A program made the translations under genes and the position numbers. Source: Schaalia odontolytica (GTDB lineage Bacteria > Actinomycetota > Actinomycetes > Actinomycetales > Actinomycetaceae). From it: a stretch of 32,000 bases of DNA. A model generated the notes under the pieces. It worked only from the letters and a program-made list of their open reading frames with translations, was not told the DNA's origin and did no database searches. The stretch spans positions 1,530,001-1,562,000 of the forward strand of contig NZ_CP040006.1 of NCBI RefSeq assembly GCF_005696695.1. Direction: 5' to 3'. Shown here piece after piece: positions 9,116 to 19,365 of the stretch (position 1 is its first letter; each line of letters opens with the position of its first letter).

Positions 9116-9385
9116 TCAGCGGCGCAGGCCGAGACGCTCGATGAGCGAGCGGTAACGCTCGATGTCGATGTCAGCCAGGTAACCCAGCAGGCGGCGACGA
9201 CGGCCGACCAGCAGCAGCAGGCCACGACGGGAGTGGTGGTCGTGCGTGTGGGTCTTGAAGTGCTCGGTCAGATCCTTGATGCGGCGGGTCAGCAGCGCGA
9301 TCTGCACCTCGGGGGAACCGGTGTCGCCCTCGTGGGTCGCGTACTCGGCGATGATCTGGTCCTTGACGTCCTTGCTCAGCGGCAC
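9116..9385 (-). CDS. rpsO: 30S ribosomal protein S15
   Basis: Start reassigned to GTG 9385 (AAGGAG 6 nt upstream), giving the canonical 89 aa. [32 protein letters not shown]... is a typical S15 sequence. Confidence 0.93.
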   Translation of the reverse strand: MPLSKDVKDQIIAEYATHEGDTGSPEVQIALLTRRIKDLTEHFKTHTHDHHSRRGLLLLVGRRRRLLGYLADIDIERYRSLIERLGLRR

Positions 9386-9625
9386 AGGCTTCTCCTTTGT
9401 GTTCGTTGCGCGGGGCATCCGGGCTCTTCCCGGGTGCTGACAGTCCGCGGCCGGTGTACGGCCTTTCTACAGTAGCACGCCACCGGCATTATCCCCACAA
9501 TGAGCGACCAAGCTAACGATTCTTCCTTCTCACGAGGACTTTCCCCTCTCCCCGCTCTGCGCTCCCCCGGCCTCGGGCTGGATGTGTGCCCCTGAAGCGC
9601 GGGGCCAGGCGAAGAGGATGGTGCC

Positions 9626-10615
9626 CTATCGGGCGGTGACGGAGTCCGGGTCGACGCGCCCGGCGACGCCAATGCCGAGGACGGAGGCCGTCTGGCGCAG
9701 GTCGTCGTCCATCTGGGTGAGCAGTTCGTCGAGGGAGTCGAAGGAGAGCATGGGGCGGATGCGCGATACGAAGGTCACCGCGATACGTTCGCCGTACAGG
9801 TTGAGGTCGGAGCGGCCCAGGACGTGGGCTTCGACGGTGCGTTCGACGCCGTTGAACTGGGGGTTGGTGCCCACGGAGATGGCGGCGGGGAGGAACTCGG
9901 CGGACTGGGTGCCGGGCACGGCGCGCACGACCCACCCGGCGTAGACGCCGTCGGCGGGGATGACGCCTTCGACGTCCTCGGACAGGTTTGCGGTCGGGAA
10001 GCCGAGGGTGCGGCCGCGCTTGAAGCCGTGGCACACGGTGCCGCGGATGCGGTGAAGGTGGCCGAGGACGCGGGCGGCACCGGACACGTCGCCGGCGGCG
10101 AGGAGCTCGCGCACCCACGAGGAGGACCAGCGGCGCCCCTCGGGGGCCTCGATGTCGGTGACCGTAATGACGTTGAAGCCGTAGCGGCGCCCGAGCTCGC
10201 GCAGCGTGTCGATGGTGCCCGCGTTGCCGCGTCCGAAACGGAAGTCTTCGCCGACGACGACTTCGCGCGCGCCGCAGCGCTCCACCAGGTATTCGTAGAC
10301 GAACTCGTCGGCTTCGAGGCTGTAAACGCTCGCGTCGTAGTGGGCGACGAGCGTGGCGTCGAGTCCGGCGGCGGCCATCGCGTCGAGGCGGTCGCGCAGC
10401 GGGGAGATGAGCTGGAGGCCCACCTCGGGCTTGTGGACCTGGATGGGGTGCGGGTCGAAGGTGATGGCGACGGCGTCGACGCCGAGTTTGTGGGCGCGCT
10501 CGATGCAGGTGGAGATGACCTTCTTGTGTCCGTTGTGCATGCCATCGAAGTTGCCGATGGTGACGACGCTGGCCTCGTTGCCGGGAATGTCAGAGAGTGA
10601 ATACCAAACGTTCAT
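9626..10615 (-). CDS. ribF: bifunctional riboflavin kinase / FMN adenylyltransferase
   Basis: Start at ATG 10615 (MNVWYSLSDIPGNEASVVTIGNFDGMHNGHKKVI, the FAD synthetase motif). The C-terminal riboflavin kinase part has GFPTANL. The track extension to 10780 overlaps truB and was rejected. Confidence 0.93.
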   Translation of the reverse strand: MNVWYSLSDIPGNEASVVTIGNFDGMHNGHKKVISTCIERAHKLGVDAVAITFDPHPIQVHKPEVGLQLISPLRDRLDAMAAAGLDATLVAHYDASVYSLEADEFVYEYLVERCGAREVVVGEDFRFGRGNAGTIDTLRELGRRYGFNVITVTDIEAPEGRRWSSSWVRELLAAGDVSGAARVLGHLHRIRGTVCHGFKRGRTLGFPTANLSEDVEGVIPADGVYAGWVVRAVPGTQSAEFLPAAISVGTNPQFNGVERTVEAHVLGRSDLNLYGERIAVTFVSRIRPMLSFDSLDELLTQMDDDLRQTASVLGIGVAGRVDPDSVTAR

Positions 10616-10625
10616 GAGTCTCTTT

Positions 10626-11678
10626 CTAGAAAACCAGGACGGTGCGCAGGCGAGCCGCATCAATGCGGAGCAGGCCAAGGACGGTGCCGTCGGGCGCGAC
10701 GGCGGCGATCGGCGCGGCCTCCTCCTCGGGGTCGCTCTGCGGGCAGTAGGCTGCCTCGGCCGCCCACTGCGCCAACTCACCGCGAGAACGCCTCGGGGCC
10801 TGGCCGTGGGCGAACGCTCGGGCCTCGGCCTCGGTCATGAGCAGGGAGGGGAACATGGTGCGCGCAGCATCCCCAAGTGGGACGAGGGGTAGGACCGGTT
10901 CCGCGTCCGGCTCCCCTTCCGGACTGGCTGCCTCGACGGCGGCACTCAGTTCCTCGAGCGTCATCGCCGTCTCCAGGGGAACGTCGCCCACGCGCGTGCG
11001 GCGCAGCGCGGTCAGGTGGGCACCCACGCCGAGCGCCTCACCGGCGTCGCGCGCGAGGGCGCGCACATAGGTGCCCGAGGAGCACTCGACGACGACGTCA
11101 ACATCGACCACGCGAACGGGGCCGGAGGGAACCTGTTCGTCGGGCGCATTGTCCGCGTCGGACTCCTCCAGCACGCACTCGACGGGGCGCGGGGGCGCGA
11201 GGACCTCCAGGCGCGAAATGCGCACCGGACGCGCCGCCAACTCGACGTCTTCACCGGCGCGGGCAAGCGCGTAGGCGCGCTTGCCGTTCACCTTGATCGC
11301 CGAGACGGTCGAGGGCACCTGCATGATGTCCCCGCGCAGCGGCGCAAGCGCAGCCTCAAGCTGCTCCTCGCTCAACGAGGCACAGCCAACGGCCGCGGTC
11401 GCGACCCCCTCGGCGTCGTCCGTATTGGTGGCGACGCCGAAGCGGATCGTCGCCCGATATTCCTTCGAATGACCGCTCACCCAGGTGAGCAGCTTCGTCG
11501 CCTTGCCGATGCCGATCACGAGGACTCCCGTGGCCATCGGGTCCAGGGTGCCGCCGTGCCCCACCTTGCGCGTGTGGGCCAGGCGTCGCACGCGCGAGAC
11601 CACGTCGTGGCTGGTGAGCCCCTGCGGCTTGTCGATGACAAGCAGGCCGGGACGCGGATTATCGGGTCGACGAGCCAT
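10626..11678 (-). CDS. truB: tRNA pseudouridine(55) synthase
   Basis: GLLVIDKPQGLTSHDVV and GHGGTLDPMATGVLVIGIG motifs. ATG 11678 is preferred over the TTG at 11693, which overlaps rbfA. Contains an acidic insertion of about 25 aa before the CSSGTYVRALARD motif. Confidence 0.92.
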   Translation of the reverse strand: MARRPDNPRPGLLVIDKPQGLTSHDVVSRVRRLAHTRKVGHGGTLDPMATGVLVIGIGKATKLLTWVSGHSKEYRATIRFGVATNTDDAEGVATAAVGCASLSEEQLEAALAPLRGDIMQVPSTVSAIKVNGKRAYALARAGEDVELAARPVRISRLEVLAPPRPVECVLEESDADNAPDEQVPSGPVRVVDVDVVVECSSGTYVRALARDAGEALGVGAHLTALRRTRVGDVPLETAMTLEELSAAVEAASPEGEPDAEPVLPLVPLGDAARTMFPSLLMTEAEARAFAHGQAPRRSRGELAQWAAEAAYCPQSDPEEEAAPIAAVAPDGTVLGLLRIDAARLRTVLVF

Positions 11679-11683
11679 GAGGG

Positions 11684-12136
11684 TCAGGCCCAATCCTTCG
11701 CGTCAGCCTCGTCCTCTTCGTCGTCGTGACGGTAGGGGTCGGCGTCGCCGGCGTAGGTGGCCCCAGCAGACGCGGCAGCGATTGCCTCGTCCTTCGCCTT
11801 GGCCTTGGCCAGGGCGTCCTCGAGCGCGGCGGCGCTCTCGGGCAGGGCGTCGAGGATGAACTCCAGGGTCGGGGTCAGGCGCAGGCCCAGGGCCTTACCC
11901 ACGCGGGAGCGGAAAAGACCCTGCGCGGACGCGAACGCGCGCGCGGCCTTCTCGCGCTGCTCGTCGTCGCCGAGCACCGTGTAGAAGATGGATGCGTGCT
12001 GCAGGTCGCCCGTCACGCGCACGTCCGTGATGGTGACGAGCTCCAGGCGGGGATCCTTCACGTGGCGTCCAATCATCGACGCGACGGTCTGCAGGATTCG
12101 CTCCTGCACCTTTCGAACGCGAGCTTCATCAGCCAT
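11684..12136 (-). CDS. rbfA: ribosome-binding factor A
   Basis: [40 protein letters not shown] is typical RbfA, with an acidic C-terminal tail. GAAAGGAGGG lies upstream of the ATG. Confidence 0.92.
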   Translation of the reverse strand: MADEARVRKVQERILQTVASMIGRHVKDPRLELVTITDVRVTGDLQHASIFYTVLGDDEQREKAARAFASAQGLFRSRVGKALGLRLTPTLEFILDALPESAAALEDALAKAKAKDEAIAAASAGATYAGDADPYRHDDEEDEADAKDWA

Positions 12137-12188
12137 CGCGCCCTCCTTTCGGGCGGTGTCGCCCTCTTAGAAACACTGGTGAGAGAAG

Positions 12189-12218
12189 ATCGGGGTCCGA
12201 GCGTGCCCGGACCCCGAT
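12189..12218 (-). terminator. hairpin between infB and rbfA
   Basis: Perfect 11-bp stem ATCGGGGTCCG / CGGACCCCGAT with an 8-nt loop, 17 nt after the infB stop. Followed on the minus strand by a pyrimidine-rich run (CUUCUCUC). May act as a partial terminator or processing site. Confidence 0.45.
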
Positions 12219-12234
12219 ACTTCAAGCCATGCGA

Positions 12235-15039
12235 TCAGTCACGAGCCTTCTCGCGCATCTCCCAGGTCTCAATGATGTCGCCTTCGGCGATGTCCTTGTG
12301 ACCCAGCGTGATACCGCACTCGTAGCCCTCGCGGACCTCGGTGACGTCGTCCTTCTCGCGACGCAGGGACGCGATCTCGAGGTTATCGGCGACAACCACA
12401 CCATCGCGCACCAGGCGAGCCTTGGTGCCACGCTTGATCGTGCCGGAGCGGACGATCGAACCGGCGATGTTGCCGAACTTGCCGGAGCGGAAGACCTGAC
12501 GGATCTCCGCGGTACCCAGCTGGACCTCCTCGTAGATCGGCTTGAGCATGCCCTTAAGGGCAGCCTCAATGTCGTCAATCGCAGAGTAGATGACGTTGTA
12601 GTACTTGATCTCGACGCCTTCGGCATCCGCCATCTCGGCCACGCGCTCGGCGGGACGGACGTTGAAGCCGATGATGACCGCGTTGTCGACGGTCGCCAGG
12701 TTGACGTCGTTCTGCGTGATCGCACCGACGCCGCGGTGGATGATACGCAGCGCGACCTCATCGCCCACGTCGATGCGCAGCAGCGAGTCTTCCAGGGCCT
12801 CGACGGCACCGGACACGTCGCCCTTGATGACCAGGTTGAGGGTGTCGACCTCGCCCTCGGCCAGGACCTTGTCGAAGTCCTCCAGGGAGACGCGCTTGCG
12901 ACGCTTAGCCAGCAGGGCCTGACGCTCGGCGGCCTCACGCTTATCGGCGATCTGGCGAGCCGTGCGGTCATCCGGCGCGACCAGGAAGGAGTCGCCGGCG
13001 CGCGGGACGGACGTGAGACCGAGGACCGCGACGGGCATCGACGGGCCGGCCTCGGAGACGTCGTTACCGGCGTCGTCGAACATGGCGCGCACGCGGCCGT
13101 AGGACGAGCCGACCACGAGGGAGTCGCCCACGTGGAGCGTGCCGCGCTGGACCAGCATGGTCGCGACGGCGCCGCGGCCCTTGTCCAGGTTCGCTTCGAT
13201 GGCGACGCCACGCGCGTCGGTGTTCGGGTTGGCTTCAAGGGTCAGCGCCGCGTCGGCGGTCAGCAGGACAGCCTCGAGCAGCTCGCGGATACCCTTGCGC
13301 TGCTTGGCGGAGATGTTCACGAACATGACGTCGCCGCCGTACTCTTCCGCGACCAGGCCGTACTCGGTGAGCTGGGAGCGGATCTTCTCCGGGTTCGCCG
13401 TGTCCTTATCGACCTTGTTCACCGCGACGACGATCGGCACGCCAGCGGCCTGCGCGTGGTTGATAGCCTCAACCGTCTGGGGCATGACGCCGTCATCGGC
13501 AGCGACCACGAGGATCGCGATGTCGGTGACCTGGGCACCACGAGCACGCATGGCCGTGAAGGCCTCGTGACCGGGGGTATCGATGAAGGTGATCGGACGG
13601 GCGGTGCCGTCCTCAGCCTTGACCGTGACCTGGTAGGCGCCGATGTGCTGGGTGATGCCGCCGTGCTCGGTGTCGACGACGTCGGTGTGACGGATCGCGT
13701 CGAGCAGCTTGGTTTTACCGTGGTCGACGTGACCCATGACGGTGACGACCGGCGGACGGGGCACCATGTTCTCGGCGTCGTCGAGCTCTTCGGCTTCGAG
13801 GTCGATGTCGAAGGACTCGAGCAGCTCGCGGTCCTCGTCCTCGGGGGAGACGACCTTGACGTCGTAGCCGAGCTCCGCGCCCAGGGCCTCGAAGGTGTCC
13901 TGGTCGAGGGACTGCGTGGCGGTCGCCATCTCACCCAGGGCGAAGAGGACCGTCACGAGCGCTGCGGGATTGACGTCGATCTTCTCGGCGAGGTCAGCAA
14001 GGGATGCGCCCTGGCGGATGCGGATCTGCGCGCCGTTGCCGCGCGGGATCGACACGCCGCCGATAACGGGCGCGTTCTGCTGCTCGTACTCTTGACGCTT
14101 CGCGCGCTTCGACTTGCGTCCGCGCTGCGAGCGGCCGCCTCCGCGACCGAATGCGCCCGGCGTGGAGCCGCGACCGCCGCGGCCACCGCCGCGAGGACCG
14201 CCGAAGCCGCCGCCGTTGTTCTGGGGCGCGCCGCCGCCGGCACCTGCACCCGCACCGCCGGGACGTGCGCCGCCGCGACCGCGTCCACCGCGGCCGGTGC
14301 GCTCACCGCCGCCGTTACCGGAGGCAGCGTTACGTGCGAAGTTCGCCTGGCCGGGCATCATGCCCGGGTTCGGACGGTTGCCGCCGGGGCGCGGGGCGCC
14401 GGGACGCGGACCGCCGTTGCCGGAGGCACCCTGACGCGTGGCACCGGGGCGCGGGCCACCGTTGCCGGAGCCGCCCGGACGCGGGGCGCCGGGACGAGGG
14501 CCGCCGGAGCCGCCGGGGCGAGGCATGCCCTGCGAGGAGGCGTAGGGGTTGTTGCCCGGGCGCGGGCCACCGGGGCGCGGGCCGCCGGGGCGAGCCGGAC
14601 GCGGGGCGTCAGCACGACGAGGCGCGGGCTTGGGGGCGCCGCCTTCCGCGCTCTTGCGGGTGGCGGGCTTGGGGGCGGCGTCGGCCTTCTTCGTACGAGG
14701 CTTGGGCGCGCCGGGCTTGGGCGCGTCGCCCTTGGGGGCCGCGGCCTTGGGGGCAGCGTCGGCAGCCGCCGCGGCGGGAGCCTCCGCCTTGGGGGCGGCG
14801 GGCTTCTTCGCAGCGGGCTTGGCCGCGCTGGGCTTGGGAGCCTTGGCGGCGGGCTTTGCGTCCGCCTTCTTGGTCTTGGGGGCCGTCGCGAACTTCTCGC
14901 GCATCTGCCGCACGACGGGCGGTTCGAGCGAGGACGACGACGACTTGACGAATTCACCTGCTTCCTTCAGGTGACCCATCAGTTCTTTGCTGGTGATTCC
15001 GAGCTCTTTGGCGAGCTCGTGGACACGCAACTTTGCCAC
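12235..15039 (-). CDS. infB: translation initiation factor IF-2
   Basis: 934 aa. [21 protein letters not shown]-terminus, a long Pro/Gly/Ala/Arg low-complexity region and a GTPase core ([29 protein letters not shown]). GTG start with GGAG upstream. Confidence 0.97.
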   Translation of the reverse strand: MAKLRVHELAKELGITSKELMGHLKEAGEFVKSSSSSLEPPVVRQMREKFATAPKTKKADAKPAAKAPKPSAAKPAAKKPAAPKAEAPAAAAADAAPKAAAPKGDAPKPGAPKPRTKKADAAPKPATRKSAEGGAPKPAPRRADAPRPARPGGPRPGGPRPGNNPYASSQGMPRPGGSGGPRPGAPRPGGSGNGGPRPGATRQGASGNGGPRPGAPRPGGNRPNPGMMPGQANFARNAASGNGGGERTGRGGRGRGGARPGGAGAGAGGGAPQNNGGGFGGPRGGGRGGRGSTPGAFGRGGGRSQRGRKSKRAKRQEYEQQNAPVIGGVSIPRGNGAQIRIRQGASLADLAEKIDVNPAALVTVLFALGEMATATQSLDQDTFEALGAELGYDVKVVSPEDEDRELLESFDIDLEAEELDDAENMVPRPPVVTVMGHVDHGKTKLLDAIRHTDVVDTEHGGITQHIGAYQVTVKAEDGTARPITFIDTPGHEAFTAMRARGAQVTDIAILVVAADDGVMPQTVEAINHAQAAGVPIVVAVNKVDKDTANPEKIRSQLTEYGLVAEEYGGDVMFVNISAKQRKGIRELLEAVLLTADAALTLEANPNTDARGVAIEANLDKGRGAVATMLVQRGTLHVGDSLVVGSSYGRVRAMFDDAGNDVSEAGPSMPVAVLGLTSVPRAGDSFLVAPDDRTARQIADKREAAERQALLAKRRKRVSLEDFDKVLAEGEVDTLNLVIKGDVSGAVEALEDSLLRIDVGDEVALRIIHRGVGAITQNDVNLATVDNAVIIGFNVRPAERVAEMADAEGVEIKYYNVIYSAIDDIEAALKGMLKPIYEEVQLGTAEIRQVFRSGKFGNIAGSIVRSGTIKRGTKARLVRDGVVVADNLEIASLRREKDDVTEVREGYECGITLGHKDIAEGDIIETWEMREKARD

Positions 15040-15175
15040 ATTTCTCCATTCCGGAAGCGTCTCCGGTCCGGAGACGCCTTACTGATATTGCTGGCAGCTC
15101 ATCGCTGGGTACTCATCGGGTGCCCATCAGCTTCCAACCCGCTTCCATTTTCTCGGCGTTGATGGCGCGTGGCCA

Positions 15176-15463
15176 TCACTGGTGGTTGATCAACTCCTCC
15201 ACGTCGTCCCACACGCCGTCCGTAACGTTTCCCATTCGGAACGAGCGCGCAAGGCCGCGCCTGGCTCGGGCTTTCTGGACGCACCCCGCATCGGGGTGAA
15301 TCCAGGCCCCTCGGCCCGGAAGAGTGGCCGTTCGGTCGAGGCGAATCGAACCGTCCGGCGAGCGAGCGATCCGCACGAGAGCGGATCGTTGCGCGTGTGC
15401 GCCGCATCCAATGCAGGTGCGCTGGGGCCCAGAGGTGGGCACTGGCGGCACAGAATACGACAC
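15176..15463 (-). CDS. ylxR: YlxR/DUF448-family RNA-binding protein
   Basis: 95 aa with RTCIGCG...GRGAWIH motifs, in the conserved position between nusA and infB. The GTG start is uncertain. Confidence 0.8.
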   Translation of the reverse strand: MSYSVPPVPTSGPQRTCIGCGAHAQRSALVRIARSPDGSIRLDRTATLPGRGAWIHPDAGCVQKARARRGLARSFRMGNVTDGVWDDVEELINHQ

Positions 15464-15507
15464 AATCCCCTAGCTTAGTCCAGCTAAGGGATTGCTCGTC
15501 TCAGATT

Positions 15508-16536
15508 CTATGAGCGACTTGTCACGTCGTCGGGGGTCGAGACGCGCGAAGCAATCGCGTCGTCGCCGGTTTCCGTGTCGGCGTGGATGTCGATGTGGTA
15601 GTTCGTCAGGCGCGCGGCGAGGCGAGCATTCTGGCCTTCCTTGCCGATGGCGAGGGAGAGCTGGAAGTCGGGGACGATGGCCGTCGCCGTGCGGTTGTCC
15701 ACGGAGTGGACGACGACGCGGGTAACGCGCGCGGGCGACAGCGAGTTCGCGACGAAGCGCGCCGGATCGTCGGAGTAGTCGACGATGTCGATTTTCTCCC
15801 CGCCCAACTCGGCCATGACGGAGCGCACGCGCGCGCCCATCGGGCCGATGCAGGCGCCCTTGGCGTTGATGCCTTCGCGGGTGGCGGCCACGGCGATCTT
15901 CGTGCGATGGCCGGCCTCGCGGGCGATGGCCTTGATCTTGACGAGGCCCTGCTGGATTTCGGGAACCTCACGCTGGAAGAGGCCGGCGACGAGGTTGGGG
16001 TGGGTGCGCGACAAGGTGATGCGCGGGCCGCGCTCGGTGCGCTCGACGCCCACGATATAGGCGCGGATGCGGTCGCCATGGCGGTAGGACTCGCCGGGGA
16101 CCTTTTCACCGTCGGGCAGGACGGCCTCGAAGTCGTCGGAGACCTGGACCATCGTGGGGCGGCCGGGGCGCGGCGCCTGGACGGTGCCCGTGATGATCTG
16201 GCCTTCACGGCCAGCGAAGTCACCGAAGACGCGCTGGTCGTCGGCGTCACGCAGGCGCTGCATGATGACGGAGCGTGCGGTCGACTGGGCGATGCGGCCG
16301 AAGTTCTTCGGAGTGTCGTCGAACTCGCCGATCGGGTTGCCGTCCTCGTCCTCGTCCATGGCCATGACGGTGACGCGTCCGGTCTTCTTGTCGATTTCGA
16401 TGCGGGCCTGGGAGATGGCGCCGGGCAGGTTGTGGTACGCCTTGAGCAGCGCCTCCTCGATGGCGTCGACGAGGGTTTCGAGGCTGACGCCCTTCTCGTT
16501 TTCCACCATCCGCAGAGCGGTCATATCGATTTCCAT
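15508..16536 (-). CDS. nusA: transcription termination/antitermination factor NusA
   Basis: 342 aa with N-terminal domain, S1 and two KH regions (ACIGPMGARV, AIGKEGQNARLAARL). GGAG upstream of ATG 16536. Confidence 0.97.
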   Translation of the reverse strand: MEIDMTALRMVENEKGVSLETLVDAIEEALLKAYHNLPGAISQARIEIDKKTGRVTVMAMDEDEDGNPIGEFDDTPKNFGRIAQSTARSVIMQRLRDADDQRVFGDFAGREGQIITGTVQAPRPGRPTMVQVSDDFEAVLPDGEKVPGESYRHGDRIRAYIVGVERTERGPRITLSRTHPNLVAGLFQREVPEIQQGLVKIKAIAREAGHRTKIAVAATREGINAKGACIGPMGARVRSVMAELGGEKIDIVDYSDDPARFVANSLSPARVTRVVVHSVDNRTATAIVPDFQLSLAIGKEGQNARLAARLTNYHIDIHADTETGDDAIASRVSTPDDVTSRS

Positions 16537-16542
16537 GGTCTC

Positions 16543-17013
16543 CTACTTCCCCGTTCCAAAGTCGACGCGGGAACGCGCCTTCCTCATGTCCTGATAGTCA
16601 ATGGTAGTCGTTTCGCCGTCGACATCGATCGTTGCGCTGGTCTCGTTCGCGGCGATGACGCGTCCGGAGACGTAGCCGCCGGCTCGCAGCTTGATGCGCA
16701 CGAGGCGTCCGATCTGCCGCATCCAGTGCCCGACCTTCGTGAGCTCGCGTTCGGCTCCCGGCGTGGAGACTTCGAGCAGGTATTCGCCGTCGATCGGGTC
16801 CGCAACGTCCAGGGCTTTCGAGACAGCGCGGGACACCTCGGCGAGGGTGTCCGAGTCAATTCCGTCGGCACCGATGGGCGCTTCGACGATGACCCGCAGG
16901 AGGGGCATCGCGTCGGAGCGTGAGCGGGTCACTGAGTCCAGTTCCAGTCCCGACTGTGCGACCACGGGAGCCAGCAGCTCCTCGAGCGGTCCCTCTGACG
17001 TGGACGATGCCAT
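16543..17013 (-). CDS. rimP: ribosome maturation factor RimP
   Basis: 156 aa, immediately upstream of nusA. LEVSTPGAERELT is the typical RimP motif. Confidence 0.9.
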   Translation of the reverse strand: MASSTSEGPLEELLAPVVAQSGLELDSVTRSRSDAMPLLRVIVEAPIGADGIDSDTLAEVSRAVSKALDVADPIDGEYLLEVSTPGAERELTKVGHWMRQIGRLVRIKLRAGGYVSGRVIAANETSATIDVDGETTTIDYQDMRKARSRVDFGTGK

Positions 17014-17084
17014 ATGCGCCTATCTTTCTCTCGCGTACGCGGGTCAGTTCCCTATCCTACCCGGGGGTGTGGGATGATGCGGGT

Positions 17085-18089
17085 GTGCGTTTCGCAAAAC
17101 TGACTTTGACCACACACCGCATCCCCGGCCTCGTCATGACGTCGGCTGCGGTTTTCGCGCTGTCCGCGTGCGGCGCGTCGTCACTGCCCACCCTGTCTGG
17201 TTTCGCGACGGTTCGCGACCAGGCAGCGCGCACGGAGGCCGCCGCTGCGGCTCGCGCGACCCAGCTGGCAGATATCGCGACGGATTGCGCGTCCTGTTCG
17301 TCCGCTCTACGCGACGCAGCTTCATCGTCGCAGGCTCGACTCGAGGCGCTCGGCGGACTGTGGGACCCGTGGGGCGGGGCGACACCCGAGGGCGAGTCCG
17401 CTCCGGCAGCCGTATCTGAGGCGCCTACCGACGTCTCGGCGTACGTGTCGTGGCTGGCGCGCACGGCCACGCGCGACCTTGAGATCGCCGCCAACCCGGA
17501 CAAGACCTCGGCCGAAGAGGCACGCACGCTCGGCGCCTCCGCGCTCGGGCGCTACGCGAGCGCAGCGCGCCTCGCCTACGTCTACGGTATCGATCTCGAG
17601 GCCGGTGATGATGCGGCGCTGCTCATCAACGACCGCGTGAACATTGCGTCGCGTCAGGGCGTTCAGACCTGGGCGATTGACCTGTTCAATGAGTCGTCCA
17701 TCTCCCCCACATTCGCCCCTTCCGGCAAGGATCTCGCTTCTTCGGCGGAGCTCTCGCAGGCTGTCGCCACGTGGGATTGCACCGCCTCGTCACTGCCGAA
17801 AGCGCAGGTGAGCGCGGGGACGCTGAGCGACGCGTACAGCGTGTCCGGCGAGTTGCTCGTCCGCGTCGATACCGCTTTGCGCGCTGGCGCTGCGGATACT
17901 CGCACGTCACGCTGCACGCTCGATGCGCTTGATGCCGCCTCTCTGGCCTCCAATCTGCTCGCGGCTGACGCCGCGATGCTCGCGAGCGACTCCGCCAACG
18001 TGCGCGCGGCGGGTGCCAGCGCCGCCCTCATCGATGTCGCGCAGTGGGCGTCACGCACTCCCCTGCCCGCCCTCATCGGCACGCGCTAA
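17085..18089 (+). CDS. Ala-rich putative lipoprotein of unknown function
   Basis: Start moved to GTG 17085 (or ATG 17136) because the track start 16920 overlaps rimP. N-terminus MRFAKLTLTTHRIPGLVMTSAAVFALSAC has a basic n-region, an h-region and lipobox LSAC. It is divergent from rimP, where many Actinobacteria carry a DUF4439/ferritin-like protein; I cannot confirm that homology by eye. Confidence 0.55.
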   Translation: MRFAKLTLTTHRIPGLVMTSAAVFALSACGASSLPTLSGFATVRDQAARTEAAAAARATQLADIATDCASCSSALRDAASSSQARLEALGGLWDPWGGATPEGESAPAAVSEAPTDVSAYVSWLARTATRDLEIAANPDKTSAEEARTLGASALGRYASAARLAYVYGIDLEAGDDAALLINDRVNIASRQGVQTWAIDLFNESSISPTFAPSGKDLASSAELSQAVATWDCTASSLPKAQVSAGTLSDAYSVSGELLVRVDTALRAGAADTRTSRCTLDALDAASLASNLLAADAAMLASDSANVRAAGASAALIDVAQWASRTPLPALIGTR

Positions 18090-18131
18090 CACGCGCTGCG
18101 AGGCCGCCACTCCAACAGATAGAACAACAGG

Positions 18132-18155
18132 GCCGCTCCCCATCCGGGGAGCGGC
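18132..18155. terminator. hairpin between the convergent lipoprotein gene and leuB
   Basis: Perfect 10-bp stem GCCGCTCCCC / GGGGAGCGGC with a 4-nt loop. On the minus strand it is followed by a U-rich CCUGUUGUUCU run. Confidence 0.55.
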
Positions 18156-18173
18156 GCTCGTCGTACTAATGCC

Positions 18174-19223
18174 TCAGACCCTGGCTGCGATGTCGTCGCC
18201 GATCTGGGAGGTGGAGCGCACGAGCGGCGTTCCCGCCGCCGCGGCCTCGGCGCGCGCCGCCATGTCGGCGTCAATCGCCGCGCGCACACGCTCTGCTTCC
18301 TCGGCGAATCCCATGAAGTCGAGCATGAGCGCGACCGAGGAAATAGTCGCGGTCGGATCTGCCTTTCCCTGCCCCGCGATGTCGGGAGCGGATCCGTGCA
18401 CGGGCTCGAACATGGAGGGGAACTCGCGCGAGGGATTCAGGTTGCCCGACGCGCTCAGGCCGATGCCGCCGGTGACTGCCCCGGCCTCGTCGGTGAGGAT
18501 ATCGCCGAAAAGGTTGTCGGTGACGATGACGTCGAAGCGGCCCGGGTCGGTGACCATGTAGATGGTGGCGGCATCGATGTGGCAGTAGTCGACGCTCACA
18601 TCGGGGTATTCCTCCCCCACCTCGTCGACGATGCGGCGCCACATGTGTCCGGCGTTCACCAGGACGTTGTGCTTGTGGACGAGGGTGAGGTGCTTCTTGC
18701 GCGAGGCGGCCGCCTCGAAGGCGTAGCGCACGACGCGCTCGACGCCGTAGGCGGTGTTGACGCTGACCTCGGTCGCAATCTCATGCGGGGTGCCCACGCG
18801 CACAGCGCCACCGTTGCCGCAGTAGAGGCCCTCGGTGCCTTCGCGAACGACGACGAAGTCGATGTCGCCGGGGTTGCCCAGGGGGCTGGGCACGCCCTCG
18901 TAGTACTTGGAGGGGCGCAGGTTCACGTAGTGGTCGAGGGCGAAGCGCAGCTTGAGGAGCAGACCGCGCTCGAGGACGCCGGAGGGCACGGAGGGATCGC
19001 CGACCGCACCCAGAAGGATGACGTCGTGGCGCTTGATCGCCTCAAGGTCCTCGTCGGTCAGGGTGTCGCCGGTGGCATGCCAGCGCTCGGCACCCAGGTT
19101 GAAGTGGGTGGTGGAGTAGTCGATGCCCTTGTCCGCGAGGACGCGGTCCAGGACCTTCAGGCCTTCGGGGACGATTTCCTTGCCGATGCCGTCACCGGGG
19201 ATTACTGCGATGTTCAGTGTCAT
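18174..19223 (-). CDS. leuB: 3-isopropylmalate dehydrogenase
   Basis: Start at ATG 19223 ([17 protein letters not shown]...). [19 protein letters not shown] motif, 349 aa. The upstream track extension to 19379 was rejected. Confidence 0.95.
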   Translation of the reverse strand: MTLNIAVIPGDGIGKEIVPEGLKVLDRVLADKGIDYSTTHFNLGAERWHATGDTLTDEDLEAIKRHDVILLGAVGDPSVPSGVLERGLLLKLRFALDHYVNLRPSKYYEGVPSPLGNPGDIDFVVVREGTEGLYCGNGGAVRVGTPHEIATEVSVNTAYGVERVVRYAFEAAASRKKHLTLVHKHNVLVNAGHMWRRIVDEVGEEYPDVSVDYCHIDAATIYMVTDPGRFDVIVTDNLFGDILTDEAGAVTGGIGLSASGNLNPSREFPSMFEPVHGSAPDIAGQGKADPTATISSVALMLDFMGFAEEAERVRAAIDADMAARAEAAAAGTPLVRSTSQIGDDIAARV

Positions 19224-19309
19224 GACTCCATCTTCCCCCGCGTCTACGCCGCGCGTCCGCACGGGTCCAACCCGTGGTCTCTTTGGGCCGTGACGTCCCC
19301 CATAGACGA

Positions 19310-19351
19310 GGCCGGGGCCGAGAGGGCATACACGCTCCCCCGGCCCCGGCC
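19310..19351 (-). terminator. hairpin downstream of the sialidase gene
   Basis: Perfect 11-bp stem GGCCGGGGCCG / CGGCCCCGGCC with a 20-nt loop, 15 nt after the sialidase stop. No clear U-tract. Confidence 0.45.
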
Positions 19352-19365
19352 GCGATAGATATGGA

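Noticed and set aside
13950-14950. Highly repetitive GC-rich DNA (GGNCCNCGNCCNGG-like units), considered as a tandem repeat or CRISPR-like array.
   Set aside because: It is the in-frame Pro/Gly/Arg/Ala low-complexity N-terminal region of IF-2, typical of Actinobacteria. There is no repeat-spacer organisation.
12229-15162. 977-aa plus-strand ORF antisense to infB. The same pattern occurs at 329-1504, 6751-9009, 9824-10600, 11016-11729, 15583-16923, 18396-19358, 19435-21663, 22376-23332, 24384-25886 and 25895-27586.
   Set aside because: Each mirrors a confidently identified gene on the other strand. They translate to Arg/Gly/Ala/Asp/Val-rich low-complexity sequence with no recognisable motifs and lack an SD. 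Long stop-free antisense frames are expected in high-GC DNA.
16920-17084. Upstream part of ORF 16920-18089, overlapping the rimP 5' end on the opposite strand.
   Set aside because: The lipoprotein-type signal peptide begins at GTG 17085 or ATG 17136. The upstream 55 codons overlap rimP and look non-protein-like.
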